This document shows positions 54,660-64,000 of a DNA stretch of 64,000 nt, in pieces. Every line of letters starts with the position of its first letter. The first letter of the stretch is position 1. Origin of the DNA: the human T2T-CHM13v2.0 reference genome, Homo sapiens; assembly GCF_009914755.1 (NCBI RefSeq), contig NC_060947.1. One strand, written 5' to 3'. The translations under genes were made by a program, and so were the position numbers. Under the pieces are notes generated by a model, which saw nothing but the letters and a program-made list of their open reading frames with translations, was not told the DNA's origin and ran no database searches.

Positions 54660-55140
54660 AAAAATGTGCATGCGTATGTTCATTGCAGCACTATTCACAA
54701 TAGCAAAGACATGGAATCAACCCAAATGCCCATCAATGATAGACTGGATAAAGGAAATGTGGTACATATACACCATGGAATACTATGCAGCCATAAAAAG
54801 GAACAAGATCATGTCCTTTACAGGGACATGGATGGAGTTGGAAGCTATTGCCCTCAGCAAACTAACGCAGGAACAGAAAACCAGAAGCCACATGTTCCCT
54901 CGTATAAGTGGGAGCTGAACTATGAGAACACATGGACACAGGGAGGGGAGCAACACACGCTGGGGCCTGTTGGGGGCTGGGGTGGGGAGAGAGAGCATCA
55001 AGAATGGATTCCCAGCTAATGGATGCTGGACTTAATACCTAGGTGATGGGTTGATCAGTGCAGCAAACCACCAAGGCACGTTTACCTATGTAACAAACCT
55101 GCACATCCTGCAAATGTACCCCAGAACTTAAAAAGAAAAT
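54660..55140 (+). mobile_element. L1P 3' end
   Basis: ORF track MFIAALFTIAKTWNQPKCPSMIDWIKEMW; 3'UTR and A-rich tail. Confidence 0.93.
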
Positions 55141-55685
55141 TCACCCATCTGCAAAAAGTTTGTATGACAATACCTGAAAGTCTATTTGATATGAAATAAT
55201 TATCCAATAGTTTTACACCTGTTTTCTAAGAGATAAGAGCTTTCTTATTCTACTTCATGCCAAAGTTAGAGTTTGGAATCAGCTATTGTTTCATTCTTTG
55301 GAGCTGATTTTTTTTTTTTTTAACCAAATTGAATTCTTTTGGGGAGTCTACTTGAGTTCTAGTAGGAATAATAATGAGGAAAAAACAATATGAAAAAGCC
55401 CTTCAGGAAATAATTATATTCCATTTAAGGCTAAGATTTTGTTCCTGAGGGGGTTATGTAACTCTGAACGTTATTAACCCATTGTGATCCAACTTGATTT
55501 TTATGATTTTTTTTTTACATGAAAGCTATTGTGTTTTTGTATTGACAGTCTTACCTTAATAGACTAGATGTACTTAGTGATACCTCTTGGGAATACTGCT
55601 TATATTTTTTCAGAGATCCTACTCCCTCCAGCCCATATTTAAAACTGGTTTTCTTCTGTCTATTTAACCCTCAGAAAGTTCACAA

Positions 55686-55727
55686 ACCAACTAACCAACC
55701 AACCAACCAACCAACCAACCAACCAAC
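55686..55727. repeat. (AACC)n tetranucleotide repeat
   Basis: About 10 units. Confidence 0.93.
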
Positions 55728-55976
55728 AGAAAATCCCTAAAGAAAGAAAAAATGACTTCTAGTTCCTGAAGTTAGTTATTTGTGAATTACTTGTATTGAT
55801 AAATAAAACTGTCAGTTTCCAATATCACATCTCTTCAGGGTAATAAATAATCCTTGGAGGTGACTGCCATTATACTTATGAAGGTTGGAACTGCATTTTA
55901 CAAGATAAGGAAAATCACTGAAGTCTTATACCTGGTCACAATTTCATCTTAAAGACCCTAGAAAAATGCTGAAGGC

Positions 55977-56363
<387 letters not shown>

Positions 56364-56418
56364 TTATGAAACATAACTTTAGTGTTTCAGATTCCTCTAA
56401 TCAAAGATGTCATTAACA

Positions 56419-56720
<302 letters not shown>

Positions 56721-57689
56721 AAAGGTGTCATTAACAAAATCTGTTGTTGAACGCGTGTAAATACACATACCTCTGTATTATGACAGATTCTGGAAATACT
56801 GGTCATTCTAGTAACCTTATTCTTACTTAAACTTGGGGGAACACGCCTTTCTTGAAACTATAACTTCGAAGTTTTTAATGTAGGCAAACCCCCAACTTCC
56901 AGCTTTGGAAATCAGCTCTGTTGCAGCACATTTTATGAAGAAAAAAAATGTTCTGTGTGAAATACAGCTTTTAATCTCAAGTTTTAAAAAGACATGTTGT
57001 CTATTTGAAACTTAAGATGTGAATTGGCTTATCTTGGTCCTTATCCCAGGTGCCAGAGTTCTTGATGCTTCTCCCCCACAAACCTCGACTCATCGAGAAA
57101 AATTCCATTTGTACTGGGTATTTCTTCATTTTTTTCCCCAGTTGGAATCACAGCACACTTTAAAAGATTTAGCAAGTTGTCATCAGGTATGGCACTAGAG
57201 AGTGGAGAAGTAATGCTTCTGCTCTGTCCTATTCCTCATTACAGACATTGAGGAAGTAATCCTACCTATCCTTGAAGACAGAACCTCACAGTCCAACTGT
57301 TATTAAGCATGGAATCAAGTGGAAAAGACAACTTTTCTCTTTTAGCTCAGTTATTTCATTATCATCTAGAGGCTGTTTCTCTTTGAATAATTCTGTTCCT
57401 GGGAAATAATTCTTGTCCATTCCCCTACAGGCTTCTTTCGGGTATGAAGGTCATTTGAAAAAAAAAAAAAAAAGAAAATGTCCTTTCCATCTTGGTTTGG
57501 GGCTCCTGATATGTAACCCTCAGGGTAAATGTGTTCCACTAGATCCTGGGGTGTGACCCACTTAAGATGTTAATATGTTTTTTTCTTGATGAGTTAGCAC
57601 ACATAAACTATATGCCTTCAAAGAATCTGAGAAATTTCGTCTAACATGGAAAAGCTGAGTTAACTTGCCATAAACATAATGCGAGCATA

Positions 57690-58028
<339 letters not shown>

Positions 58029-59198
58029 TCATTCATTTATTTGCATCGAAAGGAAAGATTGGTTTGCCTAGTTTCATCCAATCCTACATGAGAAGAGTTT
58101 ATACTGCAAAAATCAAGTGTATTATATAATGTGATAAAATAAAGATCAAAATCATGACTTTTTTATGCTTGTGGCCCTAAGCACTGTGTGAGTGTTTCAT
58201 TTTTTTTTAAGACCAGATTTTGGATATTTACTGAACAGACTTATCAGTCTGATTCCTCAAATCAAGGACTTTTGAGAATGAAGTTCTCACAGACACTTGA
58301 ATTGTTGGAACCTCAGTAGCTCACATCATTGAGCTAAATTTATATGCTAAAGTTAAAATCACAAAAACACAACCCCAAAAAGGACATTGCTGATTTGTTT
58401 AAGAAGGTGGGATTATTCAGCCTTAAACCAGACATGTGAATTGAATAGAGAGAAATTAGAGGTTGTATGCATTTGAGACTCAATGAAACCACATATTTTT
58501 AAAAAACTCTAATTCACAGATTAGGAAGGATTACAGTTTTTTTTTCTAGAAATGAAGTCACAATTCAGAAGGGATTTATAGAGTTTGATGAGTATAAATT
58601 ATGTTTTACATTCCTGAAGCAATGCCTTTGGAGTGTAAACTTTAAGATATATATGATTTCTCAAGCCTGCCTTTCTAATCATCGTGGCTTAGTTTGAAGA
58701 GAAACTAATTATGTTAAAATTGATGTATGGCCATTGCTAAGATAATTTATCTTGGAAAATTTGGAGCAAAATATATAAATATAAATCTCCAAATGATTCT
58801 GAAGTCTCTGGCTATGAGGCTAAACTTTAGGCCATATTTGAGTTTCGGTGGCTCTTTGGAATTATATTCTTTATCACTATTGACATTGAAGTTGACAGTC
58901 ACTCACTATCCCGGCTGTATACCTGGAGCTAGAGTTTGATGTGACCTGATTGAAATAATTCAGTCTACTAAATACCATGGTTTTCATTTATTTGATTCAC
59001 AAATATCAGTGAATAGCACCAGGCCTAAAATTGTTGATCTTTGCATAAATAGAGTGCTTTTTGAATTACTTTTCAAAAAGTGATTTACTTTTGAAATTAC
59101 TTTGATTACTTACTTTTGAAATTACTGCTGAATATCCATAATATTGAATAGTTAAGAGGTGCTACTTTGCCAGTGTTATGGATTAAACATAATTTAGC

Positions 59199-59715
<517 letters not shown>

Positions 59716-60872
59716 ATTTTTTAAGTGTGTCCTTGTGAAATATGAAACTATGCTTAGATAAGTTCACTATTGAAAGTAAAATAGACACTCCAAAACTTGT
59801 GCATCTTCAAAAATGCATCCTAGTGACGATGGATGCACGATGTGAATGTACTTAATTCCACTGAACTGTAAACTTACAGGTGGTTAAAATGTGAAATTTT
59901 ATATTAGGTATATCTTACCACAATAAAAAGTCCACTTCAATGTACACAGGAATGGACCCTGGAAACAATGTTGGAATCTCTGATGCTTAATCAAGAGAAC
60001 AAGAAGAAATAAAACCCTGTGGCACATTCAGATTAGTGGGATGAGAGTTGAGAAAGATACGAAAATATGGTAGCACAAAGATATTATGTAAAAACAATGA
60101 TAAGAAATTATGGAATAAAGAACACAAGGGACAAAATTTCTGGACAGCAAAAGGACTAAAAGAAAGAGGAAAAAATAATGAGAAGGTTAATGAGGATTGG
60201 AGGGCAGTTAATGTAGAATCCAAAAGTGATCATATGACAAGCAGATCCCCATGAGAGTGAGAAAGTCATCACATTGGTTGTCAAATGCAACGGTAACTAA
60301 AACTGGCAAATGAAGATCATATGAGCAAGTGGAGTCAAGCCATACAACAGAAGGTGACCTACCAACACAAAAATTGATGAAATATTGCAGTGAAATTGTT
60401 TGCAAATAAATGCATTCTCAATTTTAAAGAGAACGGGGGGCCTAAAATTGTAAAGTTGATCTCATATTCAGTGGGGTGAGGACTGTAAACTTTAGTTGTA
60501 TTCTGCAATTATCTATTTTTTAAAAACTATTTTATTCCCATTAACCATTCTGTCACTTGGAAGCAATTCATGTTCTACAAATATCTGTGATTTTTTTTCT
60601 CACAGTATTATAACAATTTATGTAAAGTGAAAAAACACTGAAACAATAATATACATCTTTAATGGAAATATATACATATATCAAAGTGTAGATACGGCAG
60701 ACTGCTTAACACGATAACTGATACTTCACATCAACAGCAGGGCTGTGGGAGAGAGGGAGGGATAAGAGAAGGATGGGCCTTTACTATATCTATTACCTGC
60801 CATTTTACTGCACAGAATTAGACCATATACCACGAGTCCTCCATGTGTAAAAATAAAAATGAATAATTATAG

Positions 60873-61181
<309 letters not shown>

Positions 61182-62631
61182 TAATAGTTATTGACTGCTA
61201 CTGTATGCTCGGTATTTCGCTGTGCGTAAGTATATTACCTATTTTATTTTATCTTTACACTTCTCCAGGGAGGTGAGCACAACACCAGGCTTATTGAAAT
61301 AACTTAAAGCAGGTAAATGGCAAAAATAAAATAAGGGGACTCATGGGTGGGCCTAACCATTTACCACTTCCTCCAGTATAGCCCTTTCGATCTCCATGTT
61401 GCTCTTTTTCATTTTTTATCCCATTCCAGGTTGCCCTGGTATTTGTTTTTTGCCTCATTTCTAAGGCGTGGTAGTTTTATTTTTGCCTGAGAAAAAGGGA
61501 CCAGATAAACACACAATGACGTTTGCCTCAGAGCCTGGATCCATGAAGGAATGGCACTGCCAGTTGCCCTTCAGCTGGCAGGCACCCCTCAGCTGCTTTG
61601 ACTCCAGGTAGCATGGAAAAGAGATGGAAATGGACATCAAAGCACTTCTGGTGCCATGCACTGAATGTTAGCTTTTCTTATTTCCCACAATCCCCTATGA
61701 AGTGAAGAAACTATTTTCATCTCTATTTTATAAATGAGAAAACTAATGCCCTGAAAATAGGAGTGAGTTTCTTTAGGTCATACAGCTAGTGGGTTAAAAT
61801 TCTATCCTCAGTTGCTCTGGCTCCATAGTCCCTGCTTTTTCCGTGGTATCATGCTGCTTCCTTAAAGGGCTAAGTTAGCCTTGTTAGGAGGCTCTCCCAA
61901 ACTGTCTGATAAGTTGGCATAGAACTACACCTGTTTGATTGTAAATCTTCCCTAACTGGAAATCAAAGCCTCACCTGTGACCTGCTTGAACTGACCTCCC
62001 TCAAAGACGTGGAACCTAACATTTTGGAGGTCATACCATAGCAGATCCTGCTTCAGCCTTTCATTGACCTACAAACCTTGAGTATGACTTCATCTTTCAA
62101 ATGTGTTTTTTAGCCTTCTCGCTAAGGGGCTGCCAGGGATTCAGTTGTGCCAACAATTACCAGCATCCAGGCAGCGACCCTCCTGTAATCACTGCCCACT
62201 ATGTCCCCAGTATATAGGATAGGATCCTTTGTTATGTGCTCTCACAGAGCACTGTTCTTTCAGAGTACATATCTTAGTAGGTAATTATGTATTCATTAAA
62301 GTGATCATTTACTCTATATCCACCACCAGCTTGTAAGCTCCATGAAAGCAGGGTCGGTGTCTGTCTTCTGTATCGCAAACACTCCAAACAGTGCTCAGTA
62401 AGCATTTGTTAAATGCATGAATGCTTTTCCACCAAAGAATCAGATGGTTACTTATCTGGCCATAAAGAAAATACAAAAAGGTTGTCTGTGCCTCGGATAA
62501 ATGGGCCTAGCTGTGAGGCCTGCCCAACCATTTGTTTGTTAGGGGGCTAAATGGTAGAAAAATGCTGATTCTTGCTCTGCTGCTCCAGACTTTGGAGGCT
62601 TTAAGCTTCCCTGAAAGCAGACATGAGCTCA

Positions 62632-63159
<528 letters not shown>

Positions 63160-64000
63160 CTAGGTACAAGAAATGAGAAGAATAGAAGGGCAGGATTAAA
63201 GTTTGGAGAGAGAAGCATAGGGCCTATAAAATGCTGGCGATTCAGGAATTAGAGTCTCCATTCTTGTTTCAATTCTTTTGACCTCCTAAACCTCCTTCCT
63301 TATAGCTAATGTTTGTGGGATGCTTATTGTGTGCCAGGCACTATTCTAAGCACATTACATGTCTTTACTCATTTAATCTCCACAACAACCTTGTGAGGTA
63401 AATATTCTTCCCATATGAAGAAGCTGAGACAGAGGGAGATTAAAGAACACACCTAAGGTTACAAAGTTTTTAGTCAGCAGAGCCAGGATTCAAACCCAAG
63501 CAAGACTCTAGAGCCAAGCTCTAGAGTCAAATTGTCAATTATGCAATGACAACATGCCCATTTCTGTCTGAGACATACTGGAGAATACAGAGAAGTAAAG
63601 GACATTTTTTCTGACCTCCTGGAGAATTACTTGGGTAGAGCAAACTTTCATAAAACTGGTGACAGTACATAGTATTATCTGCTCAGTTCCAAATGAGCAG
63701 TAGAGACTATATATATAACTTCAGGGGACCAAAGCCCAAGGCCAGACAGGGTTCGTCCAACTTCCTGTAGGTCCCAGGAAGGTAAAGATAATTCGTTAGG
63801 GTCAGGAAGAAGTACTCTGAAAATGAAGACTTCTCGGCTTGGGGAGGGGATACTGATAGCAACAGTACCATTGATAAAACTGCTATGTCCATGATGTAAT
63901 GTTTAGTGTAAATAGCAGCTATAGGTGAAAGATGGGGGCTTCTTTGGGTATTCAGGAGCACTTCCGGGTGAGTGTGCAGAACCTGATCAATGAATTAAAA

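Overview
Mammalian (human-like, Alu-rich) genomic DNA from the TRPC5 locus. Three TRPC5 coding exons lie on the - strand (63159-62638, 4446-4110, 2777-2638), and one 58.2 kb intron (4447-62637) fills most of the window. Nested antisense in that intron is the single-exon 111-aa TRPC5OS ORF (52190-52525, +). Main observation: hand translation shows this intact ORF sits inside a very old, decayed class III (ERV-L/ERV-S-like) provirus on the same strand. Tether, RNase H and integrase motifs run from about 50170 to 51850 just upstream, and a weaker env-TM-like and LTR-like tract follows downstream, so TRPC5OS occupies an accessory-gene position between pol and env. Upstream in the same intron are a triplicated ~300-330 bp CCAAT/TATA/splice-donor cassette (31362-32694) and an unusual ~2.9 kb degenerate ~11-mer (GCCTAGTTAAG) array with higher-order structure (32840-35761). 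A minus-strand ERV1 fragment (8736-11960) looks APOBEC3-hypermutated. The rest is ordinary interspersed repeat (Alu, L1, L2, MIR, MaLR, DNA transposons). Repeat family names come from my recall of consensus sequences and their boundaries are approximate.
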